NCBI GenBank assembly: GCA_963674705.1
Contig: OY771506.1
Location: forward strand, 3,264,001-3,328,000
Direction of reading: 5' to 3'
Origin: Phycisphaeraceae bacterium
GTDB taxonomy: Bacteria > Planctomycetota > Phycisphaerae > Phycisphaerales > Phycisphaeraceae
DNA length: 64,000 nucleotides
Part shown: positions 47,101 to 56,471 of the stretch, in pieces
How the letters are laid out: every line of letters begins with the position of its first letter
Position numbering within the stretch: position 1 is the stretch's first letter
The notes under the pieces: model-generated
Seen by the model: the letters and a program-made list of their open reading frames with translations, nothing else
What the model was told of the DNA's origin: nothing
The model's database searches: none
Translations under genes and position numbers: made by a program

Positions 47101-48002
47101 GCTGGCAAGACCGAGCGTACAACAAGGAAGAGGCCGGATTCGGCGGCTATGACGGCGGGCGCAGCGGTATGCGTTTCGGCGGAGGGATGGGCGGCTATTC
47201 GATGGTGATGTGGCTGCTGATCATCAACTGTGTTGTATTCTTGTGGGACATGATCTTCGGCGGGAGCCTGCGTGGCAGCGCGTTAGCGATCGGGCCATAC
47301 GGTTACTTCAGTGTTGAAAAAGCGATCTTTGGCGGGCAGGTCTGGCGTTTTTTCACGTACCAGTTTCTGCATGCCGGCTTCTTCCACATTTTCTTCAACA
47401 TGCTCATCCTGTACATATTCGGCCCACGGATTGAGCAATGGTGGGGCAGTAAGCGGTTCCTTGCCTTCTATTTATTCTGTGGTGTGAGCGGCGCCCTGGT
47501 GGCGTCTGTGCTGGGCGCGATCCCCGGGATGCACATTTTCCCAACTCAAGCCAGGCTGGTTGGCGCATCGGGTTCGATCTTTGGATTGCTGATCGCATCG
47601 GCGATGTTATTCCCGAACATGCGTGTGATGTTGATGATCCCACCAATCCCCATGACCATGCGGACGATGGCGCTGGTGTTCTTGGGCATCGCCGTGTTGA
47701 GTGTTCTGGCTGGTTCCGGCAATGCCGGCGGCGAAGCGGCGCACCTCGGCGGTGCACTGCTTGGTTTCGTCCTGGTCAAGTTGCCGCGCACGCTGGACTG
47801 GGCGGACCGCATGTCGCCATCGGCGATACAGAACGGCATCAACAACGGCCGATACGAACGCAAGCGCAAGCAGGAACTGGCCAACCGGGCGGAGGTCGAC
47901 CGCATCCTCGACAAGGTCCGGGAGAAGGGGCTTGCCAGCCTGACGCGCAAGGAAAAGAAGATCCTCAGCGAGGAAACCGAGCGCCAGAAACGGGCGGGGT
48001 GA
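47097..48002 (+). CDS. Rhomboid family intramembrane serine protease
   Basis: WRFFTYQFLH, HIFFNM, GASG, AHLGG; C-terminal VDRILDKV...GL.SLT..EK tail. Confidence 0.93.
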   Translation: MSWQDRAYNKEEAGFGGYDGGRSGMRFGGGMGGYSMVMWLLIINCVVFLWDMIFGGSLRGSALAIGPYGYFSVEKAIFGGQVWRFFTYQFLHAGFFHIFFNMLILYIFGPRIEQWWGSKRFLAFYLFCGVSGALVASVLGAIPGMHIFPTQARLVGASGSIFGLLIASAMLFPNMRVMLMIPPIPMTMRTMALVFLGIAVLSVLAGSGNAGGEAAHLGGALLGFVLVKLPRTLDWADRMSPSAIQNGINNGRYERKRKQELANRAEVDRILDKVREKGLASLTRKEKKILSEETERQKRAG

Positions 48003-48120
48003 AAATTGCTGATCTGTCATTTTTAATCGCTAATGTGGGTTAGATTCACCTGCAAGTTGCGACTTCCACATTAACGATCAGCAATCAGCGATTAGCGATT
48101 TATCCTACAATACCCCGCTT

Positions 48121-49365
48121 ATGCCCGCTTTAACCTACGAACAGAAAAAACAGGACAGTGAGTCCAACGCACGCCTGGGCGTGGTGAACACGCCGCATGG
48201 CTCGTTTGATACGCCGGCGTTCATGCCGGTCGGGACGCTAGCTTCTGTTAAAGGATTGCAGCCCGATCAGGTCGCATCGCTGAACGCGCAGATCATTCTT
48301 TCCAACACATACCATCTCATGCTTCGGCCGGGCTCCGACCTGGTCCAGCGCATGGGTGGGCTGCACAAGTGGATGCGCTGGAACAAGCCGATCCTTACCG
48401 ACTCCGGCGGTTTCCAGGTCTTCAGCCTGACCGACATCAACAAGATCAACGAAGACGGCGTCACCTTCCGCAGTCATATTGATGGCCGAAAGATCGAACT
48501 GACGCCCGAACGTTCGATGCAGGTGCAGAACGAGCTTGGGGCGGACATTATTATGGCGTTTGATGACTGTCCTCCGGGGGAAGATGTCGGGGCTCGGGTA
48601 TCGGGTATCGGGGATCGGGAAGAAGACAATTCCGAAACTCCGGCCGACACCCGAAACCCGAAACCCGATACCCGAACCACCACGGCTCGTCATCAAGTAC
48701 CACAGGCCGAATACGCCGACCGCATCAAACTCGCCAATGAACGCACTGTCCGCTGGCTGGAGCGTTGTGTGAAAGCGCATGGCCGGAAGAACGATCAGGC
48801 TCTGTTTGGGATCGTGCAGGGGGGGACGGACCTGGAGGCTCGGAACTGGTGTGCTGAGCACGTGACCCAGCACGATCTGCCGGGCTATGCGATCGGCGGG
48901 GTCGCGGTGGGGGAGGGATTCGACCAGATCAAGCGTGTGGTCGAGCATACAGCCCCCTTGCTGCCGACCGATCGGCCGCGGTACCTGATGGGGGTGGGGT
49001 ATGAACGGGATATATTGATGGCGGTCCGGGCGGGGGTGGATATGTTCGATTGTGTGCTGCCGACGCGGAACGGGCGAAACGCCTGTGCATTTACGCCAAA
49101 CGGTCAGATTCGGCTGAAAAACGCCCGGTTTGCCGAGGATCAGCAGGTGATTGACGGCGAGTGTGACTGCCCGGCCTGTGGCGGGGGGTTCAGCCGAAGC
49201 TATTTAAGGCACCTGTTCGTGGCCGGGGAGATGCTGGGGCCGATCCTGGTCAGTGCCCACAACATCCGGCACTTCCAGCGGTACCTATTGGACATACGCC
49301 GGGCTATCGCTCAAAATGACTGGTCTTTGATCCGCCGACGCTGGCCCGTTGCCGATAAGCGTTGA
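48121..49365 (+). CDS. tgt: tRNA-guanine transglycosylase with internal insertion
   Basis: TPAFMPVGT, NTYHL, TDSGGFQVFSL, GIVQGG, PRYLMGVG, DMFDCVLPTR, CDCPAC zinc site. Confidence 0.97.
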   Translation: MPALTYEQKKQDSESNARLGVVNTPHGSFDTPAFMPVGTLASVKGLQPDQVASLNAQIILSNTYHLMLRPGSDLVQRMGGLHKWMRWNKPILTDSGGFQVFSLTDINKINEDGVTFRSHIDGRKIELTPERSMQVQNELGADIIMAFDDCPPGEDVGARVSGIGDREEDNSETPADTRNPKPDTRTTTARHQVPQAEYADRIKLANERTVRWLERCVKAHGRKNDQALFGIVQGGTDLEARNWCAEHVTQHDLPGYAIGGVAVGEGFDQIKRVVEHTAPLLPTDRPRYLMGVGYERDILMAVRAGVDMFDCVLPTRNGRNACAFTPNGQIRLKNARFAEDQQVIDGECDCPACGGGFSRSYLRHLFVAGEMLGPILVSAHNIRHFQRYLLDIRRAIAQNDWSLIRRRWPVADKR

Positions 49366-49413
49366 TGATGGCAGAAATTGCATGCGATTGACTAGAGAGG
49401 ATGCACTTTGCAG

Positions 49414-49869
49414 ATGACTTTTGATAACTTCACACTCGTCCTGGCCCAGCAAGGCGAAAGCGCCGCCCCCGGTGCGCCTGACAATACTTCGCAGACCGGA
49501 AATGTCGAAACCACCGGCGCCAATGGCGGCCAAATCCCGCAGGACCCGAACGCGGCCGGCGGCGCTAACGGCACGGGGGGGGGTGGAGGCAATCAGGGCT
49601 TAGGCAACATGTGGCTATGGATGCTGCCCTTGCTGTTGGTTTTCTTCATGCTCTCGATGGGCGGCCGAAAAGAAAAGAAGAAGCACGCCCAGATGATGGC
49701 GTCACTTGCCAAGGGTGACCGCATCCGCACCAGCGGCGGCATACTCGGCACCGTGCTGGAAGTCCGCGATGATGAAGTCGTCGTCAAGGTCGATGAGAGC
49801 AACAATACCAAGATGCGATTCGCCCGCGCATCGATCGCAGCCATCCTCGAATCCAAGAACGCGGAATAA
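49414..49869 (+). CDS. yajC: Preprotein translocase subunit YajC
   Basis: TM helix then LAKGDRIRTSGGILGTV; located between tgt and secDF. Confidence 0.93.
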   Translation: MTFDNFTLVLAQQGESAAPGAPDNTSQTGNVETTGANGGQIPQDPNAAGGANGTGGGGGNQGLGNMWLWMLPLLLVFFMLSMGGRKEKKKHAQMMASLAKGDRIRTSGGILGTVLEVRDDEVVVKVDESNNTKMRFARASIAAILESKNAE

Positions 49870-49947
49870 AAACCCTACCGATCTTCCGGCAATCTCCCTA
49901 CGAATAACGTCTGACTAGCCCCTAGTCCCCAGACCGCAGACCCTACA

Positions 49948-52900
49948 ATGACAGCCATCACCATCATTATCCTTATCTACTTTGCCGTACTGGTCGGCTT
50001 GACCCTCTTCTTCTCGGTCAAGGAAAGCCAGCTTTGGAAGTCCACACTTATCGTGCTGGTGCTGTCGTTGTTCGGCATGGCGCTGTACTTCCCCGGCGCG
50101 GACGGCTACACCCCGAAGGATCGCCTGATCCCCGGCCTTGACCTGAAGGGCGGCACGACGCTGGTCTACGACGTCAAGGTTCCCGTGGACAGTGACGCGG
50201 AGCGCGTGATCGATGAAACGATCGCGATCCTTTCCAAGCGTGTGGACCCGACCGGCACACGTAACCTTGTCTGGCGACAGGTCGCGGGCAGCCGGCTTGA
50301 GGTGCAGATGCCCTTGCCGGACCCGGAAACGATCCGCCGACGCGACGTGTATCAGGAAGCCAAGACGGCGGTGCTGACCGGCAACATCTCCGAGCAGGAA
50401 CTGGATGCGAAGCTACGATCCAGCGGGGATCAGCGGGAAGCGGACCTGCGTGCGATGGCCGGGGATAACGCGGAGCTGGCCTCGGCGATTGAAAAGCTCA
50501 CGGAGGCCTATGACATCCTGAACTCTGCGGCTGATCAAAACCAGGCGGCCCAGGAAGCCTACGACAACGCAGAAGCGGCGATCAAGGCGTTGCCGGCGAC
50601 CGCCAGCGAGGCAGAGATCGCCAAGGCCCGTGCCACTGCCGACGACTTGCGTAAGGAACTGCAGGACAAGGCCCTGACCTACCTGGATGCCAAAGACATC
50701 TACGATGCAGCAAAGAAGGCGGTGCTGGATCAGAACATCACCGAATTGGAGTTAGACCGTATTGAGGAGCTGCCGCTGCCGGACGATCCGACAGCTGTGG
50801 GGGTTGAGAATCTGCGTCGCAATGCGACGGATGAACTGATTGCTGAATGCCCGAACAAGAAGGACGCGATCAACGCCTGGTACGATGCGTATGCGGCGTA
50901 CGAATCGAAGAAGGGCCAACTCGACGACCCGGAAGACCTGATCAAGCTGCTACAAGGCTCGGGTGTGCTGGAGTTCCGCATTGTGCCACGGACGGACGAC
51001 CCGGGGCTTGATGTCGAATCTTACGTAGAGCAATTAGAAGAATTGGGTCCACGTGCCGGCCGCGATCGTGCCTGGGTCTGGAGCGAGATCGACGATCTGA
51101 GCAAGTACGTTGATAATGCTGAACAACTCGCGAAGGCGAAGGCAAATCCTGCAACTTACTTTGCCGGCCTGAGTTACCCGCAGATCGTACGACAATATGC
51201 GGACAAGTATTACATCCTGCTGGCCAACGTGCCGAGCATGGCGATGACGCAGGACCAGGACTGGGCGCTGAAGGGTGCCAAGGAATCGCGTGACCAGTTC
51301 GGCTATCCGTCAGTGGCGTTCTCACTCAATGCGTTAGGCGCCGAGCGGATGAGTCAGATCACCGGGCCGAACGTCGGCAAGCCGATGTCGATCCTGCTGG
51401 ACGGCAAGGTCATCTCCAGCCCCATATTGCGGAGCAAGATCTCCGCAGGCGGTGAAATCAGCGGCGGCAGCGGCGGCTTCTCTCCGGATGAACTGAGCTA
51501 TTTAGTCCGCACGCTCAAGGCCGGTTCGCTTGAAGGTGAACTGAGCAAACGCCCGATCAGTCAGAAGACGATCGGGCCCAAGTTCGGGCAGGACAACATC
51601 AACAAGGGTTATGAATCGGCACGCGATGCACTGATCATCGTGGCGCTGTTCATGCTGGTGTATTACCTGTTTGCCGGGCTTGTCGCAGACTTCGCCCTGA
51701 TCGCGAACATGGTCTTGATCCTGGGCGTGATGGCGGCGCTGCGGTCGACGTTTACCCTGCCCGGTATCGCCGGTATCGTGTTGACGATCGGTATGGCGGT
51801 GGACGCGAACGTGCTGATCTTCGAGCGTATCCGTGAAGAATCCGAACGTGGGGCGGACCTGGCGACCAGTGTCCGGCTGGGTTTTGAAAAGGCGCTATCG
51901 ACCATTCTCGACGCCAACATCACGACGCTGATCACCTGTCTTGTGCTTGGCTACACGGCGACAGTGGAAATCAAGGGCTTCGCGGTGACGCTGGGCATCG
52001 GCATCCTGGCGACGCTGTTCACAGCCCTGTTCTGCTCACGTGTGTTGATCGAGCTTTACCTGGTCTTTGGTAAGGCCAAGAAGCTGCACATGCTGCCGAC
52101 GCTCATCCCGGCGATCGGTAGATTGTTCTCACCCAAGATCAACTGGATCGGCCTTCGGTATATCTTCTTTATCTTCAGCGCAACACTAATCATTCTGGGC
52201 ATGGTGGCTGTTTACGAACGCGGTCAGGACATGCTCGATATCGAGTTCCGTGCCGGCACAAAGGTCAGTTTCGAGCTGGCGGAAGGCAAGCAGTTGGCAC
52301 TGCCCGAAGCCCGTACGCGATTACGGGCCTACGGCGAAGCCGGTCGTCTGATCCAGGAAGGCAAGCCCGCGACGCCTGAATTGCAGGACGTCTACCAGGC
52401 GCTCGAGCCGATCGTGGAAGCTGCTAACCGAAGGTATGAAGAGCAGATGAAGCGGTACGAAGAGGCCCACAACGACCCGACCATCCGCAACATCGCGTTG
52501 CCGACGAAGGTTGACTTCACGCTGTTTATCAACGCGGCGGACGGTGGCATCATCACGGAAGGTAAAACCGAGATGAATGCGCAAGGCACCGTGATGGCGA
52601 CGGGCTTCGATGTCTCCACGCTGATCGAGGATTCACAGGTTGTCAGTGCGGTGATCAAGGCGGCTTACTCGGATGTGCTGGATACGACCCGGCCGATCGA
52701 GTTTGCCTCTATCGAGGTCGATGAGGTCAACCTCGCGCCGGCGTACCCGATCCGCACGGCGGTGCTGGGTGAAAATATCAGCAGGCCCGGCGATGTGCGG
52801 ACGAATGTGTCTGAGTACATCGGTGGTGTTGCGATCGTGATGGACGATTTGAGCCCGCGCGTTACGCAGGATGACCTGTCGGAGCGCGTTAAGCGTATGC

Positions 52901-53748
52901 GTTCGCTGCCTGCTTACGAAGAATATGGCGGCCGTGAGTGGCGCGTCATCGGGATCGACGCCGAAGGCACGAATGATAAGGGTGAAACGCTCTATCGCTC
53001 CGCTGTGATGGTCAGCCACGATCAGCAGACCAACTATGTCGAATCGCCGGAAGATTTTGGTGAAGCCAACGGCTTGGCGAATACGGAGTGGCAGATCGCC
53101 CGTGACGCCTGCCAGCGAGATACGAGCCTCGGCAGTGTGTCCAACTTCTCCAGCCAGGTCTCCGGGACGATGAAACAGCAGGCCATCGTCGCGATGGGGC
53201 TGTCCCTGCTGGCGGTCGTGGTCTACATCTGGTTCCGGTTCGGCAGCTTCACCTACGGCCTTGCTGCGATTATCGCGCTCGTACACGACGTGACGATCTC
53301 CATGGGCCTGGTTGCGGTCAGCGGCTGGATTTACCAGGCCATGCCGGGTGCTTTGATGATCGAACCGTTTAAGATTGACCTGGCGATGGTCGCCGCTTTC
53401 CTGACGATCGTCGGTTATTCGCTGAACGACACGATCGTGGTGTTCGACCGTATCCGTGAGAACCGTGGCCGATTGTCGTATGCGACGCCTTCGGTGATCA
53501 ACGACTCGATCAACCAGACGATCAGCCGAACGGTGCTGACCTCCGGCACAACGCTGCTGGCGGTCTGGATGCTCTACGTCTTTGGCGGTGCGGGCGTGCA
53601 CGGCTTCGCCTTCGCGATGCTCGTGGGTGTGATGATCGGTACCTACAGCTCGATCGCGATCGCCAGCCCGATCCTGATGTTCGGCGGATCAAGGCACGTG
53701 CAGAAAGACACACCCGGCAACACCACTCCTGCAGTGACTGGCAAGTAA
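49948..53748 (+). CDS. secDF: Fused protein translocase subunit SecDF
   Basis: GLDLKGG, TLPGIAGIVLTIGMAVDANVLIFERIREE, DIEFRAGT, GYSLNDTIVVFDRIREN, GTYSSIAIA. Confidence 0.96.
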   Translation: MTAITIIILIYFAVLVGLTLFFSVKESQLWKSTLIVLVLSLFGMALYFPGADGYTPKDRLIPGLDLKGGTTLVYDVKVPVDSDAERVIDETIAILSKRVDPTGTRNLVWRQVAGSRLEVQMPLPDPETIRRRDVYQEAKTAVLTGNISEQELDAKLRSSGDQREADLRAMAGDNAELASAIEKLTEAYDILNSAADQNQAAQEAYDNAEAAIKALPATASEAEIAKARATADDLRKELQDKALTYLDAKDIYDAAKKAVLDQNITELELDRIEELPLPDDPTAVGVENLRRNATDELIAECPNKKDAINAWYDAYAAYESKKGQLDDPEDLIKLLQGSGVLEFRIVPRTDDPGLDVESYVEQLEELGPRAGRDRAWVWSEIDDLSKYVDNAEQLAKAKANPATYFAGLSYPQIVRQYADKYYILLANVPSMAMTQDQDWALKGAKESRDQFGYPSVAFSLNALGAERMSQITGPNVGKPMSILLDGKVISSPILRSKISAGGEISGGSGGFSPDELSYLVRTLKAGSLEGELSKRPISQKTIGPKFGQDNINKGYESARDALIIVALFMLVYYLFAGLVADFALIANMVLILGVMAALRSTFTLPGIAGIVLTIGMAVDANVLIFERIREESERGADLATSVRLGFEKALSTILDANITTLITCLVLGYTATVEIKGFAVTLGIGILATLFTALFCSRVLIELYLVFGKAKKLHMLPTLIPAIGRLFSPKINWIGLRYIFFIFSATLIILGMVAVYERGQDMLDIEFRAGTKVSFELAEGKQLALPEARTRLRAYGEAGRLIQEGKPATPELQDVYQALEPIVEAANRRYEEQMKRYEEAHNDPTIRNIALPTKVDFTLFINAADGGIITEGKTEMNAQGTVMATGFDVSTLIEDSQVVSAVIKAAYSDVLDTTRPIEFASIEVDEVNLAPAYPIRTAVLGENISRPGDVRTNVSEYIGGVAIVMDDLSPRVTQDDLSERVKRMRSLPAYEEYGGREWRVIGIDAEGTNDKGETLYRSAVMVSHDQQTNYVESPEDFGEANGLANTEWQIARDACQRDTSLGSVSNFSSQVSGTMKQQAIVAMGLSLLAVVVYIWFRFGSFTYGLAAIIALVHDVTISMGLVAVSGWIYQAMPGALMIEPFKIDLAMVAAFLTIVGYSLNDTIVVFDRIRENRGRLSYATPSVINDSINQTISRTVLTSGTTLLAVWMLYVFGGAGVHGFAFAMLVGVMIGTYSSIAIASPILMFGGSRHVQKDTPGNTTPAVTGK

Positions 53749-53777
53749 TTCGCATAGTACAACTTGAACCACTTCAT

Positions 53778-53804
53778 AACCCCACCCGGAAGGGTGGGGT
53801 TTTT
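53778..53804 (+). terminator. Intrinsic terminator after secDF
   Basis: AACCCCACCC-GGAA-GGGTGGGGTT plus T run. Confidence 0.85.
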
Positions 53805-53870
53805 CGTTGCATACGCCGATAAGGGTGGGGTTTTTGAGCGATTCGCATGATTTGTGGCCGCACCGATTCT

Positions 53871-53947
53871 CGTCATCTCCGCGCAGGCGGGGACCTACGT
53901 ACAGCGATTCATTAGGCGCGTGGATACCCGCGTGCGCGGGTATGACG
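53871..53947. repeat. Palindromic REP-like element (family R2)
   Basis: CGTCATCTCCGCGCAGGCGGGGA...TACCCGCGTGCGCGGGTATGACG. Confidence 0.75.
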
Positions 53948-54065
53948 GTCATAAATGATGTGAATCGCGCTAGAGACACGCGTTGATTTGATCGCATCGC
54001 CCGGCACAGTGACCTGAGCCCGCCCCGGCTCTCGGCGCGGTTCAGCCACCACGGCGTCCGGATGA

Positions 54066-54096
54066 AGACATCTAATATAAGTTATATTAGATGTCT
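54066..54096. repeat. AT-rich perfect palindrome, copy 2
   Basis: AGACATCTAATATAA-G-TTATATTAGATGTCT. Confidence 0.85.
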
Positions 54097-54318
54097 CCGG
54101 TGCCGGTGTTCAGGGGCGCGGGGCAAGGCAAATGCAGGACAACTTTGCCGCCGCCCCTGCGGGGCGGATTCGATATAAACACCACTCGATATCCAAGAGT
54201 TTCGCTGCGCTGTACTCGTGGCTACATGCCGTTAGCCCTTCAGGGCATTCGTTTTTGCGGCAGTTGGATTAGCTTCTGACATTCCGTACCTGCTGATCTT
54301 CGTATCAACAAATACGCT

Positions 54319-54395
54319 CTAACGGCTAACGGCTAACGGCTAACGGCTAATGGCTAATGGCTAATGGCTAATGGCTAGCGGCTAACGGCTAACGG
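54319..54395. repeat. Heptamer tandem array, 11 units of CTAAYGG
   Basis: 4x CTAACGG, 4x CTAATGG, CTAGCGG, 2x CTAACGG; the last unit contains the rsmJ-like stop codon. Confidence 0.95.
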
Positions 54396-55240
54396 CTTGC
54401 CCCCGTCACATACACATCAAACCGTAGACTCTTGCCTTTATGGACAACCGTGGGCTGCGGGCCGGCTAAAGCGGGGGATCTTAGCGGGCGCTTGACGACG
54501 ACGCGTTTGCTTGCGGATGTCAATGCACCCGCCAGCAGGTCGTCCGCATCGGTGTCATCACCGCTGTACATCCGCAGCACGCGCATCGCCTTGCGTTCGG
54601 CTGTTTTACGACCCAAAGGAAACATCGGGTCCAGGTAGACGACGTCCACCGGATTGTTGTGAGTTTCGTTAGCGGATTCGCGAAGGATATCCAAGGCGTT
54701 ACCCGGTAAGACTGTTATACGTTTGGCGATATCCGGCCGTGTTTGTCGGGCACGGCGCAGGCCGTTCTTCAACAGGTAGAGCGTCAACGGCTGGCGTTCG
54801 TAGCCGGTGACCTTACAGCCCAGTGATGCGAGGATCCAGGTGTCTTCGCCTAATCCGACAGTGGCATCCAGCACAGTGGGCCTGTAGTGACTTCCTTTTT
54901 TAATCCCGACGGCTTTGATCAATGGTTGTTTAAGGCTTCGGCCCGGGCCTGATTCGGTGTCGATAGCGGTGAGGTCGCAGTAGATTGGATGACCGCCAAC
55001 GATCGATTTATCGCCGCTCAAAACGTGCAGTTCCGCGCGTTCATTCGTCTGGACAAGGGCGAGACCGAATTCATCTGATTCCGGGATGTGATCGAAAACA
55101 GGAGCGTTATAGTCAGACGCCAGCGTCCGGGCGCGCATGGCATGATCCGGATCATCGGTCTGGATGACCACACACAACCCGGAGATCGGATCGGGCAAAT
55201 AAGGATCGCGTTCAGCCATACCAGAGCTTACCGCAATCAT
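54389..55240 (-). CDS. rsmJ: RsmJ-like (YhiQ) SAM-dependent rRNA methyltransferase
   Basis: L.KAVG, VLDATVGLGED, DVVYLDPMFP, RVVVKRP, RFDVY. Start 55240 or 55219. Confidence 0.85.
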   Translation of the reverse strand: MIAVSSGMAERDPYLPDPISGLCVVIQTDDPDHAMRARTLASDYNAPVFDHIPESDEFGLALVQTNERAELHVLSGDKSIVGGHPIYCDLTAIDTESGPGRSLKQPLIKAVGIKKGSHYRPTVLDATVGLGEDTWILASLGCKVTGYERQPLTLYLLKNGLRRARQTRPDIAKRITVLPGNALDILRESANETHNNPVDVVYLDPMFPLGRKTAERKAMRVLRMYSGDDTDADDLLAGALTSASKRVVVKRPLRSPALAGPQPTVVHKGKSLRFDVYVTGASR

Positions 55241-55252
55241 CTGTGGCCGGCA

Positions 55253-56170
55253 TCAGTCACTTCTTGCGGCTTCGATCTCGCTGACCTGCTGTTCGTAACG
55301 GGTGCGGTTGGTTCGGCTATCCATCAGGACCATCACACGCTCGTGATGCTGCTTGGGGATCCCATCGTAGATCATCTTGCGGGCTTCTACGATGTGTGTC
55401 CGGCGGGAGAGGTGCGTGAGGATGACGGCTTCGGCCTTGGAGGCTTCGAGAAGCTGGATGATGTGCTCCAGGTGCAGGTGCTTACCGACGTCCGCACGGT
55501 CACGGTGGCCCGGATCGAGGAACGTACATTCCGTGATCAGGATCTTGGCGTTCAGGACGTCCGGCCGATCGAAGTGCTCGCCCCACATCGTGTCGCCCGT
55601 GAAGCAGACCAGCGGGATCTCGTTGATCCTCGTGATCTCGACGCCTTTCTCTTTGAGTTCGACGAGTTTGGCTTGTTCCAGACCGACGTATTCTTCGCGG
55701 AGCTTGCTGCGTTTTTCGATCGCGACGTAGCCTAGGGAGGGCACGGTATGCCGGGTGGCGAAACCGCGCAGCACGATGTTGTTCTTGATCTCGTGTTCCT
55801 GGTCCGGCTCGAGCGGGACGATGTTGTAAGGGGTGCGCTGCGCTTCGAGATCGACCCAGGCGTTCATGACGTTGTGGATCGGCTTTTCCAAGGAGGGGTG
55901 GCAGATCACGGTGCCTGTGCCGACGCCCTGGAAGTGGCGTTGCGAGAAGTAGTACGCCAGGCCGGCTGAGTGGTCCATATGCCCGTGGGTGAGCGCGACA
56001 AAGTCGCTGCTGAGCACCGCGCGGGGCGAACGTCCGATGTCAAAGCAGACACCGAGTTCCGGCACCTGGACGAAGGTTTCTTCGCCGGCGATGGAGATGC
56101 CCTGAACGCGGTAGGGGTGGACGTAAAGGAAACCCAGTTGAGGCCTGCGTGGTGGGGGATTGGGGATCAT
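55253..56170 (-). CDS. MBL-fold metallohydrolase, RNase Z-like
   Basis: THGHMDH, H.VPSLGY, FTGDT, ECTF, HLHL, ILTHLSRR. Confidence 0.8.
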   Translation of the reverse strand: MIPNPPPRRPQLGFLYVHPYRVQGISIAGEETFVQVPELGVCFDIGRSPRAVLSSDFVALTHGHMDHSAGLAYYFSQRHFQGVGTGTVICHPSLEKPIHNVMNAWVDLEAQRTPYNIVPLEPDQEHEIKNNIVLRGFATRHTVPSLGYVAIEKRSKLREEYVGLEQAKLVELKEKGVEITRINEIPLVCFTGDTMWGEHFDRPDVLNAKILITECTFLDPGHRDRADVGKHLHLEHIIQLLEASKAEAVILTHLSRRTHIVEARKMIYDGIPKQHHERVMVLMDSRTNRTRYEQQVSEIEAARSD

Positions 56171-56471
56171 GCTTTGGCTCCGCCAGTGCGTGAATGAGGA
56201 TACAGCATCAGCACACGACGGCGTAGAGCAAAAAATGCCGAAAGCCGCCCAGAAAACCGGTCGGATGGGTTTTCACCCACCTCTGTTGCCAAGGGTTACA
56301 ATGCCCTAATGCACGCATATCACGAGTGTGTGCAGACTCGTGACGACCCGTTACCCGGCCATGACGCCGAGTTAGCGTATCGTTAGTATGTCCAGCGATG
56401 ACGCTCAGGTCAAACAGCACCTGTGGCGAGCGATCCGAAACCGTTATTCTAGCAAGTTTGCTATATCACTT

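Noticed and set aside
48577..48715. Intein or self-splicing intron in tgt
   Set aside because: Too short, no Cys/Ser start with His-Asn end, and no group I/II features; better explained as a repeat-derived in-frame insert.
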